Part shown: positions 9,117-18,578 of the stretch, one piece after another | How the letters are laid out: every line of letters begins with the position of its first letter | How positions within the stretch are numbered: the first letter of the stretch is position 1 | Assembly: GCA_963744685.1 (NCBI GenBank) | Contig: CAVUUL010000006.1 | Span: 301,749 to 365,748, forward strand | Source: an uncultured Solirubrobacteraceae bacterium | GTDB taxonomy: Bacteria; Actinomycetota; Thermoleophilia; Solirubrobacterales; Solirubrobacteraceae | Direction: 5' to 3' | DNA length: 64,000 nucleotides | Translations under genes and position numbers: made by a program | Notes under the pieces: generated by a model | Seen by the model: the letters and a program-made list of their open reading frames with translations, nothing else | Told to the model about the DNA's origin: nothing | The model's database searches: none

Positions 9117-10541
9117 TCAGCTGAGCGGCACCAAGCGGTTGGCCGCGACGACCTCCCGGTACCAGGAGTAGCTCTTCTTCGGAATGCGCGTCCCGGTCGG
9201 GTAGTCGACGTAGACCAGGCCGAACCGCTTGCTGTAGCCGAGTGCCCACTCGAAGTTGTCAAGCAGGCTCCAGCAGAAGTAACCGCGGACGTCGACGCCC
9301 GCCTGGATGGCGGCGGCCACGGCGCCGAGGTGCCCGTCGATGTACGCGATCCGCACGTCGTCGAGGACCTGCCCGTCGGGATCGGCGTAATCGTCGCAGG
9401 CGGCGCCGTTCTCGGTGATGTAGATCGGGGGGACGTCGTAGTCGCGCTCGACGCGGCGCAGCACCTCGGTGAGGCCCTCCGGTTCGATCTCCCAGCCCAT
9501 GGCAGTGCGCTCGCTGCCGGCGTGGCTCAGGCGCAGGACGCCGAGCTCGTCGGTCGCGGGCTCGCTCTCGACGCCGGCAGCGATAAGCCCTTCGGCCCGT
9601 GCGCGGCCGGCGCTCGACGGGTCGGCGACGAGGGCGGGCGAGTAGTAGTTGATCCCGAGGAAGTCCAGCGGGGCGCAGATCGCCGCCAGGTCCCCGTCGC
9701 GGACGACCGAGAAGCCGGGCGTGGCGCCCGCGTAATGCTCGAGCATGTCCTCCGGGTAGTGGGCCTCGAAGATCGGATCGAGGAACAGGCGGTTGGCGTT
9801 GCCGTCCAGGCGTCGGGCCGCCGCAAGGTCCGCCGGATCCTCGCTGGCGGCGCGAACCGGAACCAGGTTGACGGTGATGCCGACCGCCGCCGCCGGCGCG
9901 TCGCGCAGAGCGGCGACCGCACGCCCGTGGCCGAGCAGCAGATGATGCGTGGCCGCGGCGGCGGCGCCCGGATCGGTCTGGCCCGGCGCGTGCAGCCCGT
10001 TGCCGTATCCGTGCCACGCCGAGCACCAGGGCTCGTTGACGGTGATCCATCGCTCGACGCCGTCGCCGAGCGCATCGGCGACCATGTGCGCGTACTCGCC
10101 GAACCGCTCAGCGGTGTCGCGCTCCACCCAGCCGCCCGTATCCTGCAGCGCCTGTGGCAGGTCCCAGTGGTAGAGCGTCACGGTCGCGGTCACGCCGCGG
10201 GAGCGCAGGCCGTCGATGAGTCGCCGGTAGAAATCGAGGCCCGCCTGATTGGCCGGCCCGCGCCCCTCGGGCTGGATGCGCGGCCATGCGATCGAAAAGC
10301 GATAGGAGCCGATCCCGAGCGAGGCGACGAGGTCGAGGTCCTCGTCAAGGCGGTGGTAATGGTCGCATGCGCGATCGCCCGTGTCCCCGTTGTGGATGCG
10401 CCCCGGTGTGTGGCTGAACGTGTCCCAGATCGACGCGCCGCGTCCGTCGGAGTCGAAGGCTCCCTCGATCTGGTAGGAGGCGGTCGAGACGCCCCACACG
10501 AAGCCCTTGGGAAAGTCGGACGGACCGGCGGTGATGGACAC
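9117..10541 (-). CDS. GH1 beta-glucosidase
   Basis: N-terminal FPKGFVWGVSTASYQIEGA, acid/base motif TVNEP and nucleophile motif ITENGAA. Confidence 0.9.
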   Translation of the reverse strand: MSITAGPSDFPKGFVWGVSTASYQIEGAFDSDGRGASIWDTFSHTPGRIHNGDTGDRACDHYHRLDEDLDLVASLGIGSYRFSIAWPRIQPEGRGPANQAGLDFYRRLIDGLRSRGVTATVTLYHWDLPQALQDTGGWVERDTAERFGEYAHMVADALGDGVERWITVNEPWCSAWHGYGNGLHAPGQTDPGAAAAATHHLLLGHGRAVAALRDAPAAAVGITVNLVPVRAASEDPADLAAARRLDGNANRLFLDPIFEAHYPEDMLEHYAGATPGFSVVRDGDLAAICAPLDFLGINYYSPALVADPSSAGRARAEGLIAAGVESEPATDELGVLRLSHAGSERTAMGWEIEPEGLTEVLRRVERDYDVPPIYITENGAACDDYADPDGQVLDDVRIAYIDGHLGAVAAAIQAGVDVRGYFCWSLLDNFEWALGYSKRFGLVYVDYPTGTRIPKKSYSWYREVVAANRLVPLS

Positions 10542-10795
10542 GAATTGGTTGACCTCCTGAGGGACGGCGAGCGAGCCGAGGATGCAAGCCCACTGCTGGA
10601 CGAGCCCCGATAGTTACCGAACGCTGATTGTATTTACTGTCACCATTCTGGTGTACTGACCCTTACCTGTGAAGTCATAGTTGACCGCGGCAAAGCGTCT
10701 TGACTTCGTGACCGCCCGAACCTAGGCTGAGACACGGACCGCGGCTGGGGGGCCGCGAGTGTCAGCGCACGAAGCGCAGGGGGTAAGGGACCGAA

Positions 10796-13777
10796 ATGAG
10801 GGCATTTGGGAGTGGCCGCCGCCTGCGCGCGGTGGGTATCCGATGGGCGGTGCATAAGACCCGATTGGCGTTCGGGCTGGTTGTCGTCGCATCGGCGGTG
10901 GGGCTCGGGTTCTACGCAACCGGAGCCGGTGCCGCACAGAACGGGGCCGCGCGCGCCAGGGTGGCGAAGGCCGCGCAGGCGGGGCAGACCGCACTCGCGG
11001 AGACCCCCCTTCCGGTACGCAACGGTGAGGCGCAGAACCTGGGGGCGGAGAGCGCCTCGCAGACCATCCGGCTCGCCATCGGGCTCCGACCCCCGCACAT
11101 GGCGGCGGAGAACGCGTTCCTGAAGGCGATCCAGACCAAGAAGTCGCCGCTGTTTCATCACTTCCTGAGCACGTCGCAGTGGGTGGCCCGCTTCGCGCCG
11201 ACGCCGGCTGCCCAGCAGGCGGTGGTGAGCTGGGCCCAGAACGCGGGTCTCACCGTGACCCACACCTACCCCAACCGCCTGGTCGTCGATCTGTCCGGCA
11301 GCGTGGGGGCGATCCAAAGCGCGCTGAGCGTGCAGATCAACAGCTACAAGCTCGGTTCAACCGCGTTCTTTGCCAACGACAGCGCGCCGACCCTTCCCAG
11401 CGCGTTGACCGGCATCGTTCGCTCGATCGACGGGCTGAGCAGCCTGCAGACGATGTACCCGGCATCCGGAGGACTCCAGGAACCGGCAAGCACGGCCTAC
11501 TCGCCCGGACCGGTCGTGGCCAACGGCGCGAGTGCGCAGGCGAACGGGAGCCGCACCAAGCTGCTGGCGGCCGAGGCCTCGGGGCAGGCGAGCCCGAACA
11601 TCACCGGCGGCGCATATGACCCGACCGACATCTACAGCTCGGAGGCCTACGACTACAACGCCCTCTATGACCAGGGCCACTGCTGCAACCCACTGAACAA
11701 TTCCACTGGGTCACCGCCGCAGACGACGATCGCGATCGCGACGTTCGGCTCGCAGAACATCAGCGACATCACGGGCTTTCACAACCAGTACCCCTACCTC
11801 GCCTACAGCGTCCAGGAGGTGAACATCGACGGAACGCCGTCGTGCTGTGACGCCGAGGGGACGATGGACGCAGAGTGGTCGACCGCGATGTCCAACAGCT
11901 TTGGCTCCTACCTGGACACCTCGAAGGTGTACCTCTACGACGGAGCCAACTTCAACGACTCGACGTTCACCGACCTGTACAACCAGATGGTGAGCGACAA
12001 TGCGGCGAGGATCTTCAGCACCAGCTGGAGCTGCACCGAGTTCTACGGCTGCTCCTCCTCGACGATGTCGACCCGCAACGCCATCTTCAACGAGATGACA
12101 GGCCAGGGGTGGACGCTGGTTGCTGCGTCGGGAGACCGCGGTGCGTTCGACGACTGCTCGCATCTGGCCGTCAGCTATCCCGCGTCGGACCCGAATGTGG
12201 TCGGAGCCGGCGGTACCGAGCTCAGCCTGAGCTCTGGACCGGTATACAACTTCGAGACCGCGTGGTCTGGCGGGCCGGACGGATGCAGCTCGAATGACGG
12301 CGGCTCTGGCGGAGGCTGCAGTTCGATGTTCCCCGCACCGTCCTACCAGAGCAACCAGCCATGCGGGAGCCGGTCACGCGGGGTTCCGGATATCTCGTTG
12401 AATGCGGACTGGTACCACACCCCTCAGAACCTCTACTTCGGCGGGAGCCTCAGCGGAAACGGAGGTACGAGCATCGTCGCTCCGGAGCTTGCCGGGTTCT
12501 TCGCCCAGGAGAACGCCTACCTGCTGTCGGAAGGGAGTATCTGCGGTTCCGGCTCATCCGCGTGCGCCCCGATGGGCAACGCCAACTATCCGATCTACGA
12601 GGACGCCATCGACGGCGCTCCGCACGTTCCGTTCTACGACATCACGTCGGGTTGCAACAGCAACAACGTCGGCACCGGCTACTGCGCGCAGACCGGGTAT
12701 GACCTGGTGACCGGTTGGGGCTCGGCGAACATGCTCCAGCTCGCATGGGCGATGAACTGGCACCTGCTCGCCGATGACGGCCGTCCGACGGTGTCATTCT
12801 CCGGACCGACATCGGGGACCTGGTACAACAGCGACCAGACGATCGGGATCTCGGTCGCCGACACCGGGGGCGGGCTCCCGGCCAGCGGCGTCGCCGGGTT
12901 CAGCGACGCGTGGAACGTGAGTCCCGGTGATCCGACGAGTGAAGCGACACCGGGCAGTGGGAATCCGTTCTACAACGGTCCTGAGTTCATCAACCAGACC
13001 AACGGCGCGCTGGATCTGTCCGCCGAGGGCCAGGGGTGCAACACGGTCCATGTGGAGGCCTGGGACAACATGGGCCTGCAGTCGGGCGATGCCACCGACG
13101 GCCCACTCTGTTACGACACGGTGGCGCCGAAGATCACCACAGCGCCGACGGTCGCACTGAAGAGCAAGGTCGGACCGGTGAGCTCGACCGTCCCGGTGAC
13201 GGTCAGCTGGGCCGGCAAGGACACGACGAGCGGCATCGCTGACTACACGCTGTACGAGAGCCACGACGGCAGCGGGTTCTCGTCGCTGGGCACGGTGACC
13301 GGCAAGTCCAAGGGTCTGAACCTCGCGCCCGGCCACAGTTACAAGTTCGAGGTGTCGGCGACCGACAGGGCCGGCAACACAAGCGCTCCCACCGCCGGCA
13401 CGGCGCCGACGCTGACGCTCCTGCAGGAGAACTCGAGCGCCATCACGTACTCCAGCGGTTGGACCCGTCAGGCGGTGTCCGGCGCCAACGGCGGCGACGT
13501 CGACTACGCGACGGTCGCGGGCAAGACCGCGACGCTGTCGTTCACCGGCCGGTCGGTCGCCTGGATGACGACCGAGGGTTCCAACCGGGGGTCCGCGACG
13601 GTCTCGCTGGACGGCAAGACCCCCAAGACGGTGAGTACGAACACCGGCGCCACCAAGCCCGCGGAGATCGTGGACGTGGCCACGGGCAGCTCCGGGAACC
13701 ACAAGCTGGTCATCAAGGTCCTGGGCACCTCCGGGCATGCCCGGGTGGACGTCGACGCCTTCGTGGTCCTGTCCTGA
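10796..13777 (+). CDS. Secreted S53 (sedolisin/kumamolisin-type) peptidase with pro-domain and ~350-aa C-terminal Ig/Fn3-like and jelly-roll extension
   Basis: Signal peptide and pro-kumamolisin activation-domain pattern. Putative Glu/Asp pair in AEGTMDAE, Ser motif GGTSIVAPELAG, and Ca-site-like DITSG...GYDLVTGWGS. Confidence 0.85.
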   Translation: MRAFGSGRRLRAVGIRWAVHKTRLAFGLVVVASAVGLGFYATGAGAAQNGAARARVAKAAQAGQTALAETPLPVRNGEAQNLGAESASQTIRLAIGLRPPHMAAENAFLKAIQTKKSPLFHHFLSTSQWVARFAPTPAAQQAVVSWAQNAGLTVTHTYPNRLVVDLSGSVGAIQSALSVQINSYKLGSTAFFANDSAPTLPSALTGIVRSIDGLSSLQTMYPASGGLQEPASTAYSPGPVVANGASAQANGSRTKLLAAEASGQASPNITGGAYDPTDIYSSEAYDYNALYDQGHCCNPLNNSTGSPPQTTIAIATFGSQNISDITGFHNQYPYLAYSVQEVNIDGTPSCCDAEGTMDAEWSTAMSNSFGSYLDTSKVYLYDGANFNDSTFTDLYNQMVSDNAARIFSTSWSCTEFYGCSSSTMSTRNAIFNEMTGQGWTLVAASGDRGAFDDCSHLAVSYPASDPNVVGAGGTELSLSSGPVYNFETAWSGGPDGCSSNDGGSGGGCSSMFPAPSYQSNQPCGSRSRGVPDISLNADWYHTPQNLYFGGSLSGNGGTSIVAPELAGFFAQENAYLLSEGSICGSGSSACAPMGNANYPIYEDAIDGAPHVPFYDITSGCNSNNVGTGYCAQTGYDLVTGWGSANMLQLAWAMNWHLLADDGRPTVSFSGPTSGTWYNSDQTIGISVADTGGGLPASGVAGFSDAWNVSPGDPTSEATPGSGNPFYNGPEFINQTNGALDLSAEGQGCNTVHVEAWDNMGLQSGDATDGPLCYDTVAPKITTAPTVALKSKVGPVSSTVPVTVSWAGKDTTSGIADYTLYESHDGSGFSSLGTVTGKSKGLNLAPGHSYKFEVSATDRAGNTSAPTAGTAPTLTLLQENSSAITYSSGWTRQAVSGANGGDVDYATVAGKTATLSFTGRSVAWMTTEGSNRGSATVSLDGKTPKTVSTNTGATKPAEIVDVATGSSGNHKLVIKVLGTSGHARVDVDAFVVLS

Positions 13778-13872
13778 CCATCCGCAGATGAGCGTCTGTG
13801 CCAGGGTCGCCCTCCGGGGCGGCTCTGGCCGGCCGCTCGCCATTGCTTGACGACGGTGGTCTAATCGGCGAG

Positions 13873-14619
13873 ATGGGCGAGCCGACCTCGGGTGACCCTC
13901 GGCGCGTGGATGCGCGCAGGGTGGCGATGTGCGCCGCCGCCGGTCTGGCGCTCGCCGTCGTGATGTGGGGTGGCTACAGCCATCGATGGCCGTGGACGGG
14001 CATCAGCGGCTCGACGGCGACGCTCTGGGATTGGCTGCACCTGCTCCTGCTGCCGCTTGCGTTTGCGGTGCTGCCGGTGTGGCTGCGATCGGACACGCGG
14101 GTCGCGACGCGCACCAAGGGCCGCGGCGCCACGGCGGTGGCCGTGTTCGTCGCCGTCGTCCTCCTCGGCTACACGGTTCCGTGGGGCTGGACGGGCTTTC
14201 GCGGGAACACGGTCTGGGACTGGCTTGAGCTCGTCGTGCTCCCGCTGTCGGTGGTCCTCGCGCCGCGCGTCCCGGAGCTGCGACGGCGGTGGGGGCCTCG
14301 CCACACCGCGGCCGCGCTCAGCGGACTGGTCGTCTTCGTGGCGATCGTCATCGGCGGCTATGTCGGCGACTGGTCGTGGACCGGGTTCACCGGTAACACG
14401 CTGTGGAACTGGCTGAACCTGCTGTTCCTGCCGCTGCTGGTGCCGACCGTGGTCGTGCCGGCGCTGACGCCGAGGGTGATGGGCGAGGTCGTCTACCTCG
14501 ACGCCCACGGCAACCCGATCAAGGTCGAGGTGGTGGAGGAGCCGCCCGCTGAGGCCGCCGCCCCCGAGAACCCCGCCGTCCCGCCGCCCACGGTTCAGCC
14601 CACCGACAGTTCGTCATGA
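13873..14619 (+). CDS. Membrane protein built from three ~70-aa repeats (TM - WxWTGFxGNTLWDWL - TM)
   Basis: The three repeats read GYSHRWPWTGISGSTATLWDWLHLLLLPL, GYTVPWGWTGFRGNTVWDWLELVVLPL and GYVGDWSWTGFTGNTLWNWLNLLFLPL. I chose the ATG at 13873. Confidence 0.65.
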   Translation: MGEPTSGDPRRVDARRVAMCAAAGLALAVVMWGGYSHRWPWTGISGSTATLWDWLHLLLLPLAFAVLPVWLRSDTRVATRTKGRGATAVAVFVAVVLLGYTVPWGWTGFRGNTVWDWLELVVLPLSVVLAPRVPELRRRWGPRHTAAALSGLVVFVAIVIGGYVGDWSWTGFTGNTLWNWLNLLFLPLLVPTVVVPALTPRVMGEVVYLDAHGNPIKVEVVEEPPAEAAAPENPAVPPPTVQPTDSSS

Positions 14620-14634
14620 CATAAGGTGCGCGCA

Positions 14635-17600
14635 ATGTCCGCCGGCGCCTACCTCCGTTACCCCGCGATCCGAGGCGACCGGCTGGTCTTCGTGACCGAC
14701 GACGACCTGTGGGTAGGGTCGGTGCAGGCCGCAGCGGCGTGGCGGCTTGGCGCCGAGGGGGCGACGATCCGGACCCCGAAGCTCTCGCTCGACGGCAGGC
14801 GGGTCGCCTGGTGCTCTGACGCGGCCGGGCACCCCGAGGTGTGGGTGGCGGAGATCGATGGCGGTGAGCCGCGACGGTTGACCTGGTGGGGCGACTCCGC
14901 GACCCGCGTCATCGGCTGGCGGGACGACCGGACGGTCGTGGCGGTCAGCGCGACCGGCCAGCCGTTCTCCCAGCTGACGTGGGCCTGGACCGTGCCGATC
15001 GACGGCGGTCAGCCCGACCGGCTCGGATTCGGGCCGGTCTCCGCCCTCTCGGAGGCGCCCGGAGGCGGGGTGGTCGTCGGTGCCGACCAGACGCTGCGCG
15101 GCGCCGCCAGTTGGAAGCGGTACCGGGGTGGTACCGCCGGCAAGGCGTGGATCGACGCCGACGGAACCGGCCGGTTCACGCGATTCGCCGCCGATCTGGA
15201 CGGCCAGATCGAGGACCCGCAGTGGTGGGACGGACGCGTCGTGTTCCTCTGCGACCACGAGGGATGGGGCAACGTGTACTCGTCCGCGCCGGACGGCAGC
15301 GATCTGCGGCGCCACAGCGACCACGCCGACGGATACGCGCGCAACGCCAACGGTGATGGCTCGCGGCTCGTCTATGGCTGCTTCGGCGACCTGTGGATCC
15401 TGGACAGCCTGGCGGCTGACTCGTTACCGCGGCGCCTGGACATCCGGCTCGGCTCGGCGCGCCGTGGGCGGATCCGCTACCCGCTGGACGCCGCGGGCGC
15501 GATCGCGCGGGTGGCGCCGGACCGCACCGGCCGCGCGAGCGCGCTCGATGTCCGGGGCGCCGCGGTCTGGTGCACTCACCGCGAAGGCCCGGCTCGCGTC
15601 CTGGCGCCAGGGGGCAGGGTCCGTGCGCGGTTCACCACGCCGCTGGGCGACGACCATGTGGTGTGGGTGACCGACGCCGATGGCGAAGATGAACTCGAGA
15701 TCGGTGCCGTCGCCGGTGGACCGGCGCGACGGATGCAGGCGGGAGAGCTGGGCCACGTGGTCGAGCTGGCCGCCTCGCCGGATGGCGCCTGGGTCGCCAC
15801 GGCCGGCAAGGACGGCGCGGTGCGGATCACCGACGTCGCCGGCGCCGGGACCCGGGAGCTCGATCGGTCGACTCACGACATCGCAAGCGGGCTGTGCTTC
15901 TCGCCGGACTCGAGGTGGCTGGCCTGGGCGGCGGCGGGGCCGCGCAGCGATGAGGCCGGCCTGCGACAGATCAAGCTCGCCGCGGTGGCGGGCGGAGCGG
16001 TGCACGAGGCGACGCCGGTGCGCTTTCACGATTGGGAGCCGGCCTTCACCCCGGACGGCCGCTACCTGGCGTTCCTGTCGCGACGGACCTTCGACCCGGT
16101 CTATGACCAGCTGCGCTTCGATCTGTCCTTCCCCGTCGCCACCCGCCCCTACCTCCTGCGCCTCGCCACGGCGACGCCCGGTCCGCTGTCGCCCAAGCCG
16201 GCCGGAGGAGATCTGCCGTGGGCAGCGGACCACCGGGACTCCCCCCGGGCGCAGGACGCAGCCCCCGAGGTCCGCCTCGAGCCCGAGGGCCTCGCATCGC
16301 GACTGGTCGAGCTTCCGGTGGCCGCCGGCCGGCTCGTGGACCTGCGTGCGGTCGTCGGAGGCCTGGTGTGGCGCTCGCTGCCGGTCGCCGGCGAGCTCGG
16401 CGAGGATCGGATCGAGCCGTTCGGCAAACCGGTCAAGGGACGCCTGGAGGGTCTGGAGTTCTCGACGGGCAGGGTGACGACGCTCGCCGAGGAGGCCGAC
16501 GGGGTCGAGGTCTCTGGCGACGGGCGCACACTCGTGGTCCGTACTGACGACACCTTCCGGGTGCAGCCGGCCGACTGGATGCACAAGCAGGACGACGCCG
16601 GCCTTCGGGCGCCGTTCGAGATCGACCTGGACCGGATCCGGATCACCGTGCAGCCCGCCGACGAGTGGGTGCAGATGTTCGACGAGGCGGCTCGGCTCAT
16701 GCGCCACCACTACTGGGTGCAGGACATGGCCGGTCTCGACTGGGATGCGGTCGTCACGCACTACCGCCCGCTGGCCGAGCGGGTGGCCACCCGCGACGAG
16801 TTGCACGACCTCATCTGGGAGCTCCACGGCGAGCTCGCCACCTCGCACGCGTACGTGTGGACCGACCCGGAGCAGACGCCGGCCGTCGCGCGGATGGGCC
16901 ACCTGGGCGCCGACCTGCGCCGCGAACAGGACGGCGCATGGCGGATCGTCCACCTGCCGACTGCCGAGCCGTCCGTACCCGGGTCTCACAGCCCGCTGGA
17001 ACCGGTCGGCGCGCAGGTGGGCGACGCCGTGGAGTCGGTCGACGGCCGCGCGGTCGATCCGGCCACCGGCCCGGGTCCGCTGCTGGTCGGCGCCGGGCGC
17101 AAGGTGGTCGAGATCGGGCTACGGACCGCGGACGGCGACCGGCGCACCGAGGCCGTCACCCTGCTCGCCGATGAACGGCCGCTGCGCTACCACGCGTGGG
17201 TCGCCGCCAATCGCGCCGAGGTGCGAGCGCACACCGGCGGGCGCGTCGGCTACCTGCACGTGCCGGACATGATGTCGCCGGGGTGGGCTGAGCTGCATCG
17301 CGATCTGCGGATCGAGACCGGCCTCGACGGACTGGTCTGTGACTTCCGCGGCAACCGCGGCGGACACACCTCCGAGCTCGTCCTCGAGCGGCTGTCCTCG
17401 GTGGTCACCGCCTGGGACAACCCGCGCGGGTTCGACGCGGTCACGTATCCGGTCGACGCTCCGCGCGGTCCGATGGTGGCCCTCTGCGACCAGTACGCCG
17501 GCTCTGACGGCGACATCGTCTCGATGGGCTTTCGCCAGCGCAACCTCGGTCCGCTCGTCGGAACGCGCACCTGGGGTGGCGTGATCGGCATCGACATGCG

Positions 17601-17871
17601 CTACCGGCTCGTCGACGGCACGGTCGTGACACAGCCGACCTACGCGTTCTGGTTCGAGGGCGGTCCCGGTTGGACGGTCGAGAACTACGGGGTCGACCCC
17701 GATGTCGAGGTCGCCATCGCCCCGCACGACTGGGCCGCCGGCCGCGACCCCCAGCTCGAGAAGGCGATCGAACTCGTCCTGGCGGCGCTCGAGAAGCACG
17801 GCCCCAAGCGCCCGCCAGCACGCGACGACCGGCCGGACAAGTCGTTGCCGCAGCTGCCGCCCCGGCCCTGA
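14635..17871 (+). CDS. tri: Tricorn-type protease homolog (S41 family, ~1078 aa)
   Basis: N-terminal YLRYPAIRGDRLVFVTDDDLW propeller start. The C-terminal S41 core carries GNRGGH and AGSDGD motifs, and the length matches tricorn homologs. An alternative GTG start lies at 14626. Confidence 0.85.
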   Translation: MSAGAYLRYPAIRGDRLVFVTDDDLWVGSVQAAAAWRLGAEGATIRTPKLSLDGRRVAWCSDAAGHPEVWVAEIDGGEPRRLTWWGDSATRVIGWRDDRTVVAVSATGQPFSQLTWAWTVPIDGGQPDRLGFGPVSALSEAPGGGVVVGADQTLRGAASWKRYRGGTAGKAWIDADGTGRFTRFAADLDGQIEDPQWWDGRVVFLCDHEGWGNVYSSAPDGSDLRRHSDHADGYARNANGDGSRLVYGCFGDLWILDSLAADSLPRRLDIRLGSARRGRIRYPLDAAGAIARVAPDRTGRASALDVRGAAVWCTHREGPARVLAPGGRVRARFTTPLGDDHVVWVTDADGEDELEIGAVAGGPARRMQAGELGHVVELAASPDGAWVATAGKDGAVRITDVAGAGTRELDRSTHDIASGLCFSPDSRWLAWAAAGPRSDEAGLRQIKLAAVAGGAVHEATPVRFHDWEPAFTPDGRYLAFLSRRTFDPVYDQLRFDLSFPVATRPYLLRLATATPGPLSPKPAGGDLPWAADHRDSPRAQDAAPEVRLEPEGLASRLVELPVAAGRLVDLRAVVGGLVWRSLPVAGELGEDRIEPFGKPVKGRLEGLEFSTGRVTTLAEEADGVEVSGDGRTLVVRTDDTFRVQPADWMHKQDDAGLRAPFEIDLDRIRITVQPADEWVQMFDEAARLMRHHYWVQDMAGLDWDAVVTHYRPLAERVATRDELHDLIWELHGELATSHAYVWTDPEQTPAVARMGHLGADLRREQDGAWRIVHLPTAEPSVPGSHSPLEPVGAQVGDAVESVDGRAVDPATGPGPLLVGAGRKVVEIGLRTADGDRRTEAVTLLADERPLRYHAWVAANRAEVRAHTGGRVGYLHVPDMMSPGWAELHRDLRIETGLDGLVCDFRGNRGGHTSELVLERLSSVVTAWDNPRGFDAVTYPVDAPRGPMVALCDQYAGSDGDIVSMGFRQRNLGPLVGTRTWGGVIGIDMRYRLVDGTVVTQPTYAFWFEGGPGWTVENYGVDPDVEVAIAPHDWAAGRDPQLEKAIELVLAALEKHGPKRPPARDDRPDKSLPQLPPRP

Positions 17872-18037
17872 GGCGGTCCGGCGGGCTCACGCGGCCATCC
17901 GTCCAGTCCCGGCGGCCGCCGGTCGGGATCCGCCCCTGGATGACCGATCCCTCCTCAAGTGCCTGCGGCGGCGCGCGCTGCCTGCGACCCGCGGGATACC
18001 GGTCACGACCAGCCGAACTCAGGGGGAGGAGCCAGCG

Positions 18038-18475
18038 ATGTCCAAGCCGATCATCGTCACAGCGGCCGCGCTGTGTGCTCTGGCCGTCAGCGGTTGCGGC
18101 GGTTCGTCCCCGGCCACGCCCGCGGCGATCTGCCAGCACGGACAGGCGGTCGGGGTCCGCTTCACCGCGGACCTGGAGCAGTGGGCGATGGCAGCCCAGA
18201 CCAACCCGGTCACCGCCGACACGACCCGCGTCCGCCACGACCTGGCCCAGCTGAGCAGCATGGCGACCACCCTGAGCCGCGACGACACCAACCTCTCCGA
18301 TCTTCAGCGGCTTGCCGGCGCCAAGCGGGGAATCGGCGTGATCGAGGCCGCGCTGGACCAACTGCACAACGGCAATCTGGTGGGCTATCTCAGCGACCTG
18401 CGGGGAGGGGGCGGAACCGATATCCGTGACCTGGCGGGCGGCTCGTTGGCGATCTGCACCAGCGCCGGCGCCTGA
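18038..18475 (+). CDS. Lipoprotein, unknown function
   Basis: A GGGGGAGGA Shine-Dalgarno precedes the ATG at 18038. Signal peptide with lipobox LAVSGC. Confidence 0.65.
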   Translation: MSKPIIVTAAALCALAVSGCGGSSPATPAAICQHGQAVGVRFTADLEQWAMAAQTNPVTADTTRVRHDLAQLSSMATTLSRDDTNLSDLQRLAGAKRGIGVIEAALDQLHNGNLVGYLSDLRGGGGTDIRDLAGGSLAICTSAGA

Positions 18476-18578
18476 TCGCGCTTGATCACGGCGCGGGCCG
18501 GCGTCCACTCGTCGTGATCTGACCGAGGAGACGTATCACGGCTGGTTCTCAGGTCTCTCTCATGCAGGGGCATGCCTA

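Noticed and set aside
8968-10541. tRNA-Glu as an integration site for a genomic island.
   Set aside because: No integrase, excisionase or phage gene follows the tRNA. I saw no direct repeat of the tRNA 3' end downstream. The adjacent gene is an ordinary GH1 beta-glucosidase.
10600-10700. An AT-richer stretch between the GH1 and S53 genes with a CACCA-TTC-TGGTG mini-palindrome, as a possible sugar-regulator operator.
   Set aside because: Only the 5-bp arms are palindromic, and there is no match to known CebR/LacI-type operators (TGGGAGCGCTCCCA-like). I regard it as ordinary divergent promoter DNA.
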